Part shown: positions 12,650 to 28,226 of the stretch, one piece after another | How positions within the stretch are numbered: the stretch's first letter is position 1 | How the letters are laid out: every line of letters begins with the position of its first letter | From: Eledone cirrhosa | Taxonomy: Eukaryota | Assembly (NCBI GenBank): GCA_964016885.1 | Contig: OZ024746.1 | Location: 66,836,001-66,900,000 of the forward strand | Reading direction: 5' to 3' | Length of the DNA: 64,000 nt | Notes under the pieces: model-generated | The model's database searches: none | What the model was told of the DNA's origin: nothing | The model's input: only the letters and a program-made list of their open reading frames with translations | Program-made: the position numbers and the translations under genes

Positions 12650-12880
12650 TATGTATACGTACATACATATATGTATACAGACGTACAGTAGTATGTATAT
12701 ATATATATACATACATGCACACATATACATGCCCGTATCGGTTTATCGAACATGTATTACAATGCTCTGTTTGTTTGTTCGTAAACAAACAAACAGCCCG
12801 AATTACGTATACATACATACTTACATTTAAGTAAGTGCCGTACTAAGAGTGAGAAATGAAATTTCGTCGTTTCATTCTAT
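12650..12880. mobile_element. Fragment of the 54405-55537 family with an internal inversion junction near 12808
   Basis: gtatacagacgtacagtagtatg (one orientation) joined to acatacatacttacatttaagtaagtgccgtactaagagtgagaaatgaa (other orientation). Confidence 0.8.
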
Positions 12881-12883
12881 TCC

Positions 12884-12923
<40 letters not shown>

Positions 12924-15789
12924 AAATTATGTGTAATTTGTTTCTGTAGAAAAAATAGAAGTAACTAGCAATAGCTATATTTGTGTGATATCACTTCAAA
13001 TTTGATGGAGTTAGATAAATTTAAAGCCGTTCAAGTTGTTATCTCTGAGTCGGTTTAGGAAATTACCAAATGTATTTCGATGGATTGCATTTAAGGATAT
13101 TTCGCTATTATTTCTAGCTTACTTGGCGACAGTGTAGCCTTACTCACAGACAGTTGTATTTTAAATAATACAAAGCTGAAGTCCGATAATCGGTTGCGCC
13201 GAAGGATAATATTTTTCGTAGTATTTCGTATATGATTCAAGATGTTTTAGTTGAAAAAATACTTTTTTAGTTGTTGTTTTTAATGTCTTGAATACAATGT
13301 TTACTGTGTCAATGCATTTTCAGACGGTATGACATAAGGGTGATAACATATTTCTAGAGGCATAGGTAGACAAACCTAAGCTAGCGTGTGGGGAAGTTAG
13401 CTACGATGCAGCGCCATAAAATAAAGCATACAATTCATAATGTTGGAGTGCCTGTTCAATTTCAAATTTGTTGAGCAGAGTCCATAAAGGAAAAGGTGAA
13501 ACAATATTAGGTACATTATGAGCCTATAGGAAATATCGTAACACAAAGAAATAAAAAAGAACAGGGAAGTAAAAAGAAAGAAAATGGAATATACAGATGC
13601 TTGAAACTTAAAAAAGTATGGTAACGAAGTATTTAGGGTATGTTTGCAGGACACAAAAATATGCGTATATGTTGTTTCATTACAGTACGAGTATAAGATT
13701 TTAGATTCTTGATGCTCGATTTGCGAATAACTATTTGTAGGAGATATAACATATGTATAGGTTTGTTTTTAATGAAATTTGCAATTAATAAACTGGGATT
13801 GACAAATATAATAGAAAAACGAAAGAAGACAAGTATCCGTAAACATTAATTTTAGTCGTTTTTGACAAGGAAAAAATTACAAAATATTCAAGTAGTAAGG
13901 AATATGAAAATTCGTACCTTTCAACAGAATCTTTCATTGGCCGAATAAAAAATTACAAAGAAGGTGACTTGCTTAAAATGCTAGACGTGTCCTCTTCTTC
14001 GTGAAATATTAACTTATATCAGTCTGGGAAATTATGTAATATTTGAATAAATGCAATATTTGTGGATGGATATCCTCCCGGTAGAATTCGCTTACTAGGT
14101 GAATGAAGGAAAGTCAAACATAGGATATCAAATAATAAATCAGACATTATATGATCACTAAACTAGGCAGTCTTAATATCTTCGCTTTTCTTTATAATCC
14201 TAGTTTATCTTTTCATAAAGTTTTTGCCACCAAAACAAAGAACAAGATAAAAATATTATAAATACGATGAAATGGTACCATGAGATTGACAAAATGCGTG
14301 AAATCATTTTATTTTGAAATCTATTGAATATTCGAAAAAATATCGGATATTAAAGTAAGAATAGATATTAGACAGACTTCAAAAAATGTGATGTAAATGG
14401 AATGTATATATAAAACAAAAACAATTTTGTATTAGAATAGGATTAAGGAAGTAGCTGACAAATCTTCAGGAGAATATTATAAATGGCACTGATATATTGA
14501 TAAAAATATAATAAATAAACTACATCCAAACGTTATGAGGATTATAGCGAACACATTAATAAAAAGAAAATATTGAGAAACATTACAAAAGGAAACAAGC
14601 TGTCTTCATTATTACGTTTTTGTCTTGTATTTAGATCAACTATTGTCGAAAGTAAATACAAAAGACAGATATTGTGTATAGAATAAGTTATTTAAGAAAA
14701 ATAACGGAACATACTCTATAAGATTAACAATTAAAAAAAGTTCGAAAAGCCATTGAGCTGAGTATGTTAACAATGACCTAACCAGGCTGGTTATTTTCAT
14801 TGAAAAAATATGGTTTTGCGTTTTCTTAATATTAATAAATATAAAACAACTGTTATATAATATTACTCCCAATTTCCAGCTACCCAATGTAAGCTATATG
14901 GTTTCGGTTATCAAGAGGGTAAAGAGAAACTCATTTTCTTAAAATACCACGTAACAGGATCGGAGGTGGTTCATTTAATTTCGAAACGAACAACTTAACT
15001 AATCGAATAACTAATTAGAACCCAACAAACATAGTTCATAATTTAGGCATAAAATTGTATAAAATTGCGTATATGATTACATGAAGGGTCCAAAACTAGC
15101 GCAAGGGGGGGGGGGGGGGCAAATATATGACCACTTCTGGCTGAACACATCGTGCATTATACGCCGTCGAATTTCTCCATCTGCGGTAATACAAAACACC
15201 TTTCTGCCTTGAAAAAGAGATACATCATAGTCTTTCTTGCTCATTATTTCAGAGTCAAATAGACTCAAGAGAGCTGGTATCATTTGCTTCAGAGTTTTGT
15301 TGTTCGTTTTATTATCCCTATTGACTGTATTATTTTGAAATTACACGCCAGTGTGAATAATTTTCATATCCGCTTTGCCAATATTCTTTAAATTCCTCAT
15401 CTTATTGCTTGTTTGTTTATCAGACTTAATAATAGTGTCGCCTCAAAAGTGCAAATAAAATTATAATATTAATGTAAGGTGTATTTTTGTAAATGAAATA
15501 CTGCCACTGTGTTGGTAGGCTCAACTAAATCCCGCTTTCAATTTCGCTAAGTTAAAAATAAAGAAAACAAACGTATCAGATTCAATAGAAAAGCAACCAT
15601 TTTCCATCTCATCTTTTTACGTACTGATAATAACTGAGACAGAAAATGTATTTCACCTCTAACTAGTGGTCTAATTGGAAATCTTTCAAAAAATATATAA
15701 CAACACGCAGGTGTAGTTAATACTTCTAAAAGAAAATTCGCTAATAAACATTTCTAATTTATGTACAGATCAGCATTTATTGGTTAATA

Positions 15790-16030
15790 TGTCACCGGGC
15801 CGCATCTTATTGTCGTCAAATAAATTATCGCAAATGATGATATATGCTGGGCTGGGCAGACAGAGGAAGTGGTAGACAAAAAACTTAGCTGCGTGGAAAA
15901 GAAAAAGAACTTTGTAACAACCCAAGCACTCGCGCATGACAGCCAGTGATGAATACAGTTGTTGCAGCGTTCAACACTACAGTTTTCCAACGAATCCGTG
16001 TTAAGGGACCATGATGATGATGATGATGAT
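15790..16030 (+). mobile_element. Probable degenerate RTE LINE 3' end with (GAT)n tail
   Basis: GRQRKW and AHDS (AQDR-like) remnants followed by (GAT)n. Confidence 0.45.
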
Positions 16031-16723
16031 GCATGTATTTATGTATGCATACAAAAACATATATATATATATGTGTGTGGGTGCGTGTGTGTGTGTGTAT
16101 ATATATATATATGTGCGTGTGCATCAAATAAATCTATTCAATACTATACAATACAATTTTTTCGTACTGTTTCTATTATTTATCGAGACATTATAAAGAG
16201 GTTCTTCTGATTATAGTCACCGGAAATACAAATATACATAGAATACCAAATCAACTACTCTGACAAACAGAACAAGCAGAATTAATGAAACAGTACTATA
16301 AATAGATGATTGAAGATTAAACCTAGCATTAACAGAATTATATTGCGGGGAAAGCTGTAAATGGTAAATTATGCAGTGGGTCAGATGTATCGATAGGAAA
16401 TAATCATTCACTTAAAGTAGTTCAGCAGGTTTCTACGATTGAATATGTGAGCATGAATAACACGAGTTATTGTTGCTACTATTTATGTCCGATTTGTTAT
16501 TGTTAGTTTTGAGGTGACAGCAGCTTCTAATCTTCAATTGCTACTTTGAGATTTATCGAGTTTTCCTCATCAGATTGTAGATATTAAAAGCGCCGTACGA
16601 TTTAATGTATATACAATGTTGCATCGAGTGTGTGACATGTTCAAATACTTCAGGACTCATTGTGTCAAACAGATAGGAAATTCCTGTGTTTGCATAAACA
16701 ACAACATTCATTATTTCTTTGCC

Positions 16724-16845
16724 ATTCTGAGTTCAAATCCCGCCGAGGTTAACTTTGCCTTTCATCCTTACCGGGTCGATAAAATAAAGTACCAGTAATG
16801 CACTGGGTAATTGCTGGCCTTGTGCCAAAAGTAGAAACAATTATT
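16724..16845 (+). mobile_element. tRNA-derived SINE family A, 5'-truncated
   Basis: gagttcaaatcccgccgaggttaactttgcctttcatcctt...ggccttgtgccaaaagtagaaacaatt. Confidence 0.9.
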
Positions 16846-19800
16846 TCTGTAGGTCGCTTAGCTTTAGCGTAGAATCTGCTCATGCTATATTCAAATCATT
16901 TAGGAGTGATCAAACAGATGTGAATTAATGAGTCTCTTTTAACTTTAAAAGTTTTATATGCGCTTCATTCTGAAGCAGTGCATTGCATTGTTTGGCGCTG
17001 ACTTCTAGCTTATATTCCGTCATTGTTGAAATTGATATATAACGGGTCTTTGTGTATTCATATTCGTTGTAATATAACTACGTTGCTATGCAGGGAATCT
17101 CTTTGATAGAGAAACTGACTTCTTACCTAATGCTGTTTAATGACTGCACACATTTCTAGTTAAGGTGTAGCCTACATTTAAGATGAATCCTTCGTTTGCT
17201 TCGGCTATGAGCGCTCTGTTTCTTGATCAACTAAATGTCTGTCTCGGTAAATTACATTACGAGGGAAAGAGATTTCTACTGTAACATTTTCACTTAACGT
17301 AGTTTCTATGCAGAATTAATGTTACACGATGGGAGGTACGGCTACAATCAACCTGGCAAGGCTTCTACTCAATTGCAGTGGCAATCTTCAGTCAATTATA
17401 GTCTATGGGAAAGCGGCTACACTGCGAAATAAAAATGTTTGAATTGAGAGCAGTATAGACATGCAATGGAAATAATAGGAATTCTGATAGCACAACAATA
17501 CTACTAGTAAACCTTAGAAACGGCGCACTGATAAAAAAAAATGCCTTCATCGTCTAGTCCTGTTAGTGTATTCAGCTGACAAAACTCAACTGGTAAAGTA
17601 ATCGAGCCGAACAAAATATATAAATGATTCCCATTCATCTGTTTACTTCTCAAACAGTCACTATTACACATCTTTAAAGGAGTCAAAATCAAAATCAAAT
17701 TATCCATTGATGAAGTTTCTCGCTTCAAAGAAAAACGTAGGGCGAAACTTACAACGAGTTTTTTTAGTTTTATCGTCAGTTTACGCATCAGAAACCCTTG
17801 GAATTTTAGATTGGTTGGTTCACAGATTTATGCAGCAGTGAAAATAAAATTTATATACATATACATTTTATCTTAGATTTATGTAACGATTGCCTCATGG
17901 TATGTTTAGGAAACATATCATCTCCATATTTGATGCACTTTTTGGGGCTACATCTGTAGCTATTAAAAAATTATTTTAGGAAGATTGTTTATTGCTATGC
18001 CACCCTTTAGAAAAGGGTGGAAGCATCTTACTTAGATTGATTCTCTATTGTTTGATTTAGTATATCTTTATTCGAAGTCCTGTTTTAATGTGTTTCATCA
18101 AATATTCTTTTTATCTCGTTCAACACGAACGCATTCGTGACACGGGAGACCGTTTCCATTCTGTGTTATTTCGTTTACTTAGATGCAGTCTCGTGTAAGA
18201 TGAAAGCATACAAACCTTTCAAAATGTGCTATTTGTATTCGCGTATATGAGCATTGAATGTTCGTCGAAACTATGTTTATGTAGTCATTATTAATTTCTA
18301 AAAATATAGTCAAATACATGAATTTCTTCCTAAGAAAAATCCATATTGATATGAATATTTTCGTTAAATTCAGGTGAAATAATACTCGTTTAATTATTTA
18401 CTTGAATATGAGATACACGCGTCTCTGGGTGCTGATTTTACCTCAGCCTTAATGAATTAGCTTTCTGGATATCCATCTGCTTAGTTCGGCTTTATATATT
18501 TCATGTTTCATGTCTAATCACCCATTATATTTAAGGAAAAATAGAGTACTGTGGGAATATGTTTGAAAACTGTGGGAAACCACCGTTTATCAGATTGTAT
18601 TAATACATTATATTTATAAACCATCGATTAAAATTTTAGACAGCAATGGAAAATACTTGATTGTCAGTTGGATGTTTTTTTATTGATTTCATATAGATAA
18701 GATTGCTTGAGGGGGATTACATACATTTAATTAAAATCAGTTTATTAATAGTATTATTTTATCGAACAGAATCGAATGAATGCAATGAGAACATTGGCAT
18801 GAAGAAATAGTAAAATGTATGGTACCTAATCTATAATGTTTCCAAAGCCATCTTTTCTAGCTTATGACACACTGATATAATCGGAATTCTCTGTGACAAT
18901 GTATTAAATCAATAAGATTAAATCTTTATTAGATCTTGATTTGATTTTTATTTTATTGTCTTTTACTTTTTTTTTTCTCATGCATCCTGAGATATTTTGT
19001 GATAAATTGAATTACGAATTAACGTGTTCGCTCCTAACATCACCAAAAGGCATTTTCCTAGAGGAAATCTCTAATTTGGTAACCCAACTTACAGTTACGA
19101 AGAGTCGACAGACGCATTGTTGTGTTTTCCTAACAGAGAGAAAATAAATGGCTCTGATGGTATTAATAACAAGCATGTGCTATAGTGATAAACTATTTGG
19201 TGTGTTTTATTTTATGTTTTCAAGAATGTTTTGGTGTGAAAATAAAATTGGAGTATTTCTTTTATTTCGTTATTTCAAATTGTTATCTCAATTTCTAACA
19301 TTTTTATTCCCATGAATTTTGTGTAAATGGTTACCAAATTGTCCTATTGAACACAAGTAAAACTCCTTTTTAATTTAAATGATCAGATGATATTGTTATT
19401 TTCTAATGAAACATCTAAATGATTAAAGCATTATCGTTTGCAATAATTCTCTTTAAAATATATGTGACAGTCCCAATATGTTATACACCATGCACATAGT
19501 AATGCGTACTATGGATATAAGAATTAGTGTCATTCATTATCTACACTTTTGTGCATAGAAATAAAGAAAATATATGCAAACGTGTGGCATTATTTGTAGT
19601 CTGAGATTAACATGCTTAACATGAAATATAGAGTTATTGTTGATTGGAATCTATTACAATCTGGTGAAAGTATGTGCTATGTGGTTAGAGGGTTCGATTA
19701 ACGACCATGAGGTCGTAAGTTAAATTCCCGGTGCCACATTTTGTATTGTGCGTTGTTCCAGGTCATTCCAGCTTGTAAAATGAGTTATTCAAAGAATGAC

Positions 19801-19870
19801 AATAACTATCAGTTAGAATATATTAAAGACTCCGTAATGCAATGGTCTCTGCTAACATTATTTTAATGTA

Positions 19871-20093
19871 GGGCGGCGGATTGGCAGTATCGGTAGAGGG
19901 TCGGACGCCATGTTCTGCAGCATAGAGTTACTTCCCTTTATGATCTGAGTTCAAATCCCGCCGTGGCTAACTTTGTCTTCCATCCTTACGGGGTCGATTA
20001 AATACAGTACCAGTCACGCACTGGGTTCGATATAATCGCCCCACCCCCCACCCCCCACAAAAAAATTGCTGGCCTTGTGCCTATATAAGAAAC
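19871..20093 (+). mobile_element. SINE family A, full length, with target-site duplication
   Basis: A and B boxes; TSD cattat(t/g)ttaatgta at 19856-19870 and 20094-20108. Confidence 0.92.
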
Positions 20094-20753
20094 CATTATG
20101 TTAATGTAATAAAATAGATTAAGTCAACCTTTACGAAATTTATTAATGTACAATCTCAAATTTTATAACAGAAATTGACGTTTCTCATAATGTTAAGTGA
20201 GTCTCATAAACATAGACACATTGGAGTAGCCTTAATCGCTTCTTATTTAGAGACCTAAAATATTGTGACAACTTAGCTTGCTTGAGCTTATCATTACACC
20301 AAGCTTTATATTAACCAATAGATATAAGAAAGTAAAGTTAATATTTCAATGTTTCAACGGCTAATAAACCGAGTTTACATATATTCTTGTGAATTGGCAA
20401 TGATATACGATCATTTAAGAATTCTCCCACACTTACAAATACACTAACATTGATTATATTTGTCCTCATCGGTTTTATACATCCGCTTCATAATTAGTTC
20501 ATTGACCAATTGATTAATTGATTCATCCAACTTCTTTTACCACAGCCTGTGACGTTAGTGATGACTATGCATCATTGTGAACCTCGACATCTTTACATTT
20601 ATTTCATTTTCTCTGTTGATCACTCGGAAGTTCATAGATGACTTCATTTTGCATGCCCTATTTATATTTATCTTCATTCTATATCCGCTATTTATACCTG
20701 GTCAGAGTGAGATGCTTGACAGCTTCTTCATACACATTATAATATACAAGCTA

Positions 20754-20914
20754 AGAGGGTCGGACGCCATGCTTTCCAGCATAGTTATGTCCCTTTACGA
20801 TCTGAGTTCAAATCCCGCCGAGGTTGACTTTGCCTTTCATCCTTACGGGGTCGATAAAATAAAGTACCAGTAATGCACTGGGTAATTGTTGGCCTTGTGC
20901 CTAAAGTAGAAACA
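20754..20914 (+). mobile_element. SINE family A with perfect 18-bp TSD
   Basis: attataatatacaagcta at 20736-20753 and 20915-20932. Confidence 0.93.
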
Positions 20915-21619
20915 ATTATAATATACAAGCTAGTGACACATGGATGTATATTTCGTCGACGTTTTACCTCAGAATACGATATGTTTATGGAAAGGCTTAA
21001 TCATCAATTAGCGTTTTGTTTCATAGTAACTGGACGATAAAATACCTATTTTTGTTTTTCAGAAATGTGCGTGTTTTAGTATAATATATGTAGAATTGAG
21101 AAACTTGTCAAACCAACTAATACGAAGGCTTAATTGCATGCACAAGGAAGAAAAAAAACATCACGTTTAGAAAAATAGATTAACATTATAGTAATGATTT
21201 GAATGGCAAGGTTAAACGATTCCTTCGTTTTAAACTAATACGAAATTAATTAGTGTGTTTTTGTCTGACTATCAATAAAGAAGAGATAATTGAAAGAGGT
21301 TAGAGGAAATCTAATACATAATTGTAGAGGACAGAGAAATTTGCAACAATAAAATCATTTAAAGTTACATGAAGCTTGGTGAATTGATATTAACGGAGTT
21401 TTGCGATCAGAACGGAAGAGAAATATTATACTTCAATTACTAATTTATCTTGTTGAATTTGAAGATGGGATAATTTAGTTAAAGTTATGGTAAACATCTA
21501 AATATATATTCTCGTTAAATTGCATAATATTTTATATAAGTGCGACATTCCATACTACAAGATCTAATGAGATATTTAGTAAATCGGCATTATTATAAGG
21601 AACGGAATTATGAATAGAT

Positions 21620-22060
21620 GAGTCGCTATATTAAACGCAGCTTGATGTAATGACTTTTTCAAAGGAGAAAGAGAATGTATCACGAAGAACTGAATGGACT
21701 CTACAGCAACAACACCTGCAGAAGATGCATGTTAGCAAAAACAATAACTTTCCACCGAAATATTGTTCTCTGTAGACCAATGGGTTTGAATCCGGAAATA
21801 GCGGAATCACTTAGTGTTCTCTTAGTAACAACTACGAGAAACCATTAACGAACATCGCAACGAATTGGAAGACCAGAAAGCTGCTCCCAACTGACGCAGT
21901 ACTACCATGTCATTTTAAAACAATATGAATGAAGTGTGTGCTCGAAAAAGGTGACAAGCTGTTTAGGAGTAGCCATGGGAAGAGAAACAAAAACAGGAAA
22001 ACAAACAACCCTAGTAGAACGCATAGGTGTCACCTGGAAAGAACGATTCGGCTGTCACCA
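21620..22060 (+). mobile_element. Possible highly decayed LINE 3' coding remnant
   Basis: EWTL and TWKE remnants with spacing like an RTE C-terminus; many stops. Confidence 0.3.
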
Positions 22061-23442
22061 GAAAATGCTCATTAGAAACAACCTAAATGACAAAGCCAGA
22101 ATTAATTTGTTATCACTTTCTAAAATAAATAACATGGCGTGATGTTAATTGTAGTGAATTAAATGAATAAATCACAAATCTTATCAGGAAAAATTATATT
22201 TGGTTCCATGGACTTAAATTATATCAGTATTCATAATTAGTCATCTTAAGTGGAAGAAAATAAACTTGGCCCGAGCGTGATATGAACTTGGTTATTTAGC
22301 CTAAACTATCTTATTGGTTTGATATAATCGCTATGTACATATTACCTGTTGAATCAGTTAATTCAAATATGTATAATGCTTGGATAAAATTGTATTCTGA
22401 GGGTCTATTCCAGTCCTCTAGTCATTACATTTCGACACACCCGAAACAATAAAAGTGCTTCTATATTATCAATTGACCTACTAGAAATAATTGTAATTGA
22501 TTCTCAACTCACACTTCCTCCTTTAATAAACGCAAAACAACATTGAAAAATGAAGCATTCTCTGATGTTTAAAATAGGGGTTGGTCACTGATAAAGTTCG
22601 ATTGATCATTATTTTGCTCGAGCAGAGTTTACCTAGGTCTAAGTGCATTCAACATATTAGTGCAGTGGAATATCTTCAACGGTCTAATGAAACGTTTGAG
22701 GTTGTAATATATTAATCTTTACATATTTAACGCTCACAATATTTACCACGTAATGATGGCGAAAGGGTTGCGATATAACATTCTTTCATTGGAATAGTGG
22801 ATTCTGTTTACACTGACATCATACTTTGGTGAATTCCTATGCTTCAGGTGATGTCCTTAGTGTTCACAATTCAGTTGGTTTTGTGAGTTCTGGTAATAAA
22901 ACATTAGATCAAATAAAATATTCTATATGTTCACTTACATTGTTTTTAAAACCATTGAAATTCACAATGCTCTAACAGAATAATTTGTATCTGAACTGGA
23001 GTTTCAAATTTATTGTGTGTATAAGACAGTGCATCAATGAGATGATACCTGCCGTTTTGAAAGAATCTCATTAACTTATTGTATACGTCAATGCTACTAG
23101 CATTCTTTCTTATCTCAACTAATCTATTGACAATAGGGCTATGTTTTTAATGGTTCGTAAAATATATATCGGATTCATTCCTCAATATATCATATAAATG
23201 TGAATCATTTTAAATGAGACCACCAAAATTCCCTCAAAACTTAACAAATTTCATGAATGTTCCTCAGTTTGTAAAAGTAAGTTTTTTTTTTTAATGAAAA
23301 CATTATACTCATGAATCATTTCATATTTTAAAGCGAAAAGAAACTTCGGTCACGATATTTCTGAAGTTTAACATAAATAGGTAAATGAAAGAAAGTATAT
23401 AAGACGGATAAATCAGAAGTAACGTAAGATACTTTTCAAAGC

Positions 23443-23565
23443 GTGGCATGGATGGTCGAGTCGTTAAAATTTATAGTGGTCACTTTTCTGGATTTCTGTC
23501 CTCCAATTTCAAACCACACCAGGTTTATATTTTCCTTTCATGTGGGCTCGATAAAGTACCAGTTT
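23443..23565 (+). mobile_element. Old degenerate SINE A copy
   Basis: ttcaaacc...cctttcatgtgggctcgataaagtaccag. Confidence 0.55.
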
Positions 23566-23599
23566 AACTTTTTCATTCGCTTTTGTTTCTCCCAATCCC

Positions 23600-23721
<122 letters not shown>

Positions 23722-25318
23722 TATACATATATATATACATATTTCTTTCTCTTGATCTGCATTGTTTAAGTTGCATTGCGAAATGTATTATGGTACGGGT
23801 TCGTAATCTAAAACGAGAAAGAACCAATATCAACCCCGTTACCATGAATATATTATCAACTGTAAAAAACATCAATAGCCTTTAATATTGCTCTATTTTA
23901 TGGATACCTATGGAAAAAACAACGTTAGAATGATTGACAATATTTCACTTAGCATGCCTAAACATTGATACATAAAACTTTATTTGTTAACTTTGATCAA
24001 CACCATCATTTATCTATAATTTAGTACAATACCTAATCCTTACATAACTATTGAATTTATTTAACTGTGAATGTTTAATACATTTGTAATCTCTTTGAAA
24101 TTTTAGTTTTAATACCTAATCCAAAAATGTTTACGAAACTTATCTATAACTTATCCATGTTTAATGACTTTTTGATCTATTATTTATAGTATAATATAGC
24201 ATATATTTCTTTTAAATATACTTACTGCACTATAATATCTAAATTTGAGACGGATTCAAATTATATATAAATGTGAATTTTTTCGCTGTACTTTCGATCT
24301 CTTATTTATTTATTTATAATATAATGTTTTATAATATATATGTAGTTATATATTGTATTTTATATATTTTTAAATATTTTTAAATATACCTACCATACTT
24401 CTATGTACATGATTCAAATATAGAGAAAATATCCAAACTAAAAATTATTATAGACATTATTTTGAATTTTATACATGCACTCATTGTTCGTTTTTCTTAT
24501 ATATATATATATATATATTTAAATGTAACACGTTGTTAACAGTATAACTGTTATCATTTACCTAAAGTATACTACATTAATAATACCTAATATATATCTT
24601 TATATATATACATCCCTATATCTAATAATACGTTGATATCTTGGTTATACATATCTATAAATTTTATCCGTAACATATTTTATTTTATTTTTACCTTATA
24701 CATACTGACTCATTAATATATACCTATATACATAATAGTTATTCAAATATTTATAACAATAAGTACTTCAAAAGCTTTACATACCTAATATGTTGAGATA
24801 TTTGTTAAAGTTTAGATTTAGGTAATTAATCAACAGTATAATATTTCATTCTTTACGTGCCAGCTAAATCCTTTAAAATGTTATTCTCACAATTCAGAAG
24901 TTTAGAAATGATAATACACTTATCGAATTTATATAAATAATATATAAATAAATAGCAAATAATCCTGAAATCTAGACTCTTCACATTAATAAATTAAATA
25001 TTTCCAAATTCTAACCGTTTAACTTTCGAAAACAAAACCCCACACTTTATCTTTCCCTCCTTATAAATCTTTTTCCAGTGGCTATCACTGGCTGTTATGA
25101 TTCATGAGACGTTTCCCTAGATATAGTATGATACAATTTAAAATTTTAGAACACTTTAAGTATGCAACGTTTTTTCTTACTCACACATTCTCTAATGAAT
25201 TCATTACTTTTTCGCACTCTCACACAGATATTGTATAAGCAAAATTTTCTATCGGGTAATTACTACCTTGATTAAATCTTAACCATTTAACATCTCAGGG
25301 TATGTCATGTACATTTAT

Positions 25319-25371
25319 ATTTTGTCTGATGAGGACGTACTGTTGTACATACGAAATATGTATAATAAAAT
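25319..25371 (+). ncRNA. Minimal type I hammerhead ribozyme
   Basis: attttgt-CTGATGA-ggacgtactgttgtacatac-GAAA-tatgta-TA-ataaaat; 7-bp stem I. Confidence 0.75.
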
Positions 25372-25517
25372 GTAATTGATCAAAAGAACATCTATTTTAT
25401 TAATACTTATATTTTAATATTAATAACTCCTGAAAATTATTTTCTGTTGAGTGCTTCCAATCTACTGTAAAACTCATTCTTTGACATAATCATCGAATAT
25501 TGTTTAACAACTTAATA

Positions 25518-25609
<92 letters not shown>

Positions 25610-25913
25610 TGTGTGTGTTGTGAGGTGTATTACATGAAGTTCTTTCAAAACTTGAGGTGAAGTGTTTCCTGAAATAATTTGATAAACAACTATTCACTAT
25701 CTACTAATATTATTCAGCTGCTCAGGTTTACTTTAACACGTGGGGAAATTTGTAAAGCCGTATGTTTTAATATCTGTTGTTCAGTCGTTAATCTGAAAGT
25801 CAATTTCTTTTAAAAATTTGCTAATTTCTTTAAATGTATTGATGGTGTCATGAAATGGGAAATAAACAGTATATCATTTTACTACTATTGCCGCTGCTGC
25901 TACTTACTGATGT

Positions 25914-25952
<39 letters not shown>

Positions 25953-28079
25953 GGCGGCGGCTGCTGTTGCCGCCGCTACTAATGTCCATTCTGCTGATTT
26001 CCTTGCTATTTTTTAATGCTTTTACTGCTGCGCATGCAGTATTTGTTTTCTCTATCACCTTTTAATCATACGATTCGCTATGTTGTTGACGTTAAAAAGG
26101 TATTCGACGTTGTTTTTTTTAGCATTCATGTACATTCTTATTTGTTCTTCTATTTTAGGTTCTCAACAAGCCTTCTTTAAATAGACTGATTTACTTTCAC
26201 GATACATTACGAGATAGATCCAAATAATATCTCATTGCCAGCATACATTGAGTGTGTGTATGTGTAATATATACACATAAAAGGAAGAAGATCGGAGTGT
26301 TTTGAATCTTACATATTTTTATTGAATGCTTTATTAATGTTATATATATTTCAGTGCTATATATTATATAATAGATACGACCTCATTAGACAACAATAGT
26401 TTCAATGAATGAAGCAAATATATTATTCAATATTTCAAATTATATTAGAAATTAAATCAGAAAAAATACTACCATATAATAAACAAATTAAATCGTAGTC
26501 TATTCAATCCATTAATAATATCTTATACTAAACCATTACGGATTCCTTCTTCTTTATTATCATACAAGTAATTTTTCATTGTAAAGTTTCTTATGAAGCC
26601 AAACTGTGTGTATGTATGTATGTGTATGTGTGTGCGCATGAGTGTAAGTGTGTTTATTTGTGTTTGTGTGTATAAATATATTGATTCAAATCTACTCGCC
26701 TGATGAGCAAGCAGATCAATAGTGGATTCATGTCTCCTATATCGATTAACGCTTAGAGTCTGCCACCTGTGAAACCTATTCCATGTTCGACAATGAATAA
26801 AACATACTGCTATAGAAAACTTGCTTCTCTTATTGAAACATACATACATATAATCTATATATGTATATGCATATTTATATACTTAGTGAGAGGTGTATGC
26901 CCGTACATTAATTGTACATCATATATTATTTTCCTGCTTTCAATTATTTGACTATGATCAGCATTTGAGCGATCGTATTGGCGCCAGTATTTATTTTTCC
27001 ATGTCTATTTCTTTTTTATCCATCATTATCTGTCTAGCGGACACCCATGCAGCTATGAGAAACGATTCTATTATTTATTGTATCACGTATGTTCTCCACA
27101 ATATATTATGCTTTAGTAACTGGTTGGTAGTTTAAATTTCATATTTATCAAACCTTTTTCGTCATCTCAAGATAAAATGAAAATAACATCAGAACAAATG
27201 GCGACACTGAGCAGGTAACATAGTCATTGAGAAGGTCGCAAAATACGTGACGAAAGAGTTTGTCGATTAAATATGACAATTAAATGATGTTGCATTTACT
27301 ACACTAAGTCAGGAATGTAAACATGATTTTCCTTCTAACAAACAACACAAATTTTATTGAGTCGTTCTATCGGTATTAATCACGAAGTAAAGATAAACTT
27401 AGTACCACTTCTAAACGGCTTTACTGATTATTATTACTCTGTTTAAAACTATCAATTGAACAGAAACAAGCTTTCGTAGCTAAAATATATTAAATAGAAC
27501 AGAGTTTCTTCTAAAACTTCATAGTTACGATGCATAAGAAGCAGAAAACCTTTCGAAAAATCGATAACTTTGCGTGAATGTCCTGTGAAAAGTCGCCAAA
27601 AAATTGATTCAGTATATAATTCTGGTATACAAATTTCAGAACATACATGCTAATTGTATGCAATTCGCTCATTGATTATACAAATACAAACCATTTATAA
27701 TATACTCGTAGACAGTAATCTGTTTTATTGCCCATTCATTTACCTGTTACTTATGAAGACATGCATACATATAAGTATGTGTGTGTATGTGGGGGGGGGG
27801 GGGGCGTGTGTGTGTGTGTGTGTGATTGCACTTTGAGATTTTTGTCTGTGAAAAAATGAGTTGTAACAGATTTTGGGAGGGTTATGCTGGAAATAAAAAT
27901 CACACACACCATTTAAGTTGCATATCATATTATTATACTTTTTTCAGTCGGTTAGTTTAATAATCGGATGCTTTAGTTATTGTTAAATGTCTTGGTGCAC
28001 AACTCATATAGACAAAATGGTTCAAAACAGAACACAAAGTAATAAATTTAGTCAATAAATATAGATATGTAAACATAGC

Positions 28080-28140
<61 letters not shown>

Positions 28141-28146
28141 ACGCAT

Positions 28147-28207
<61 letters not shown>

Positions 28208-28226
28208 TTGGCACTCTGAAATGGCG

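Noticed and set aside
15130-15300. Possible hAT dimerisation-domain remnant (QERL) or exon
   Set aside because: Only one short motif; no termini or splice support
17000-17790. Possible Helitron helicase relic (GSITLPVEFCQ)
   Set aside because: Single weak motif; needs a profile search
19871-19965. tRNA gene
   Set aside because: A and B boxes belong to SINE heads; no full cloverleaf
26695-26785. CTGATGA followed by a distant GAAA
   Set aside because: No stem I or stem III pairing; likewise CTGATGA at 44092
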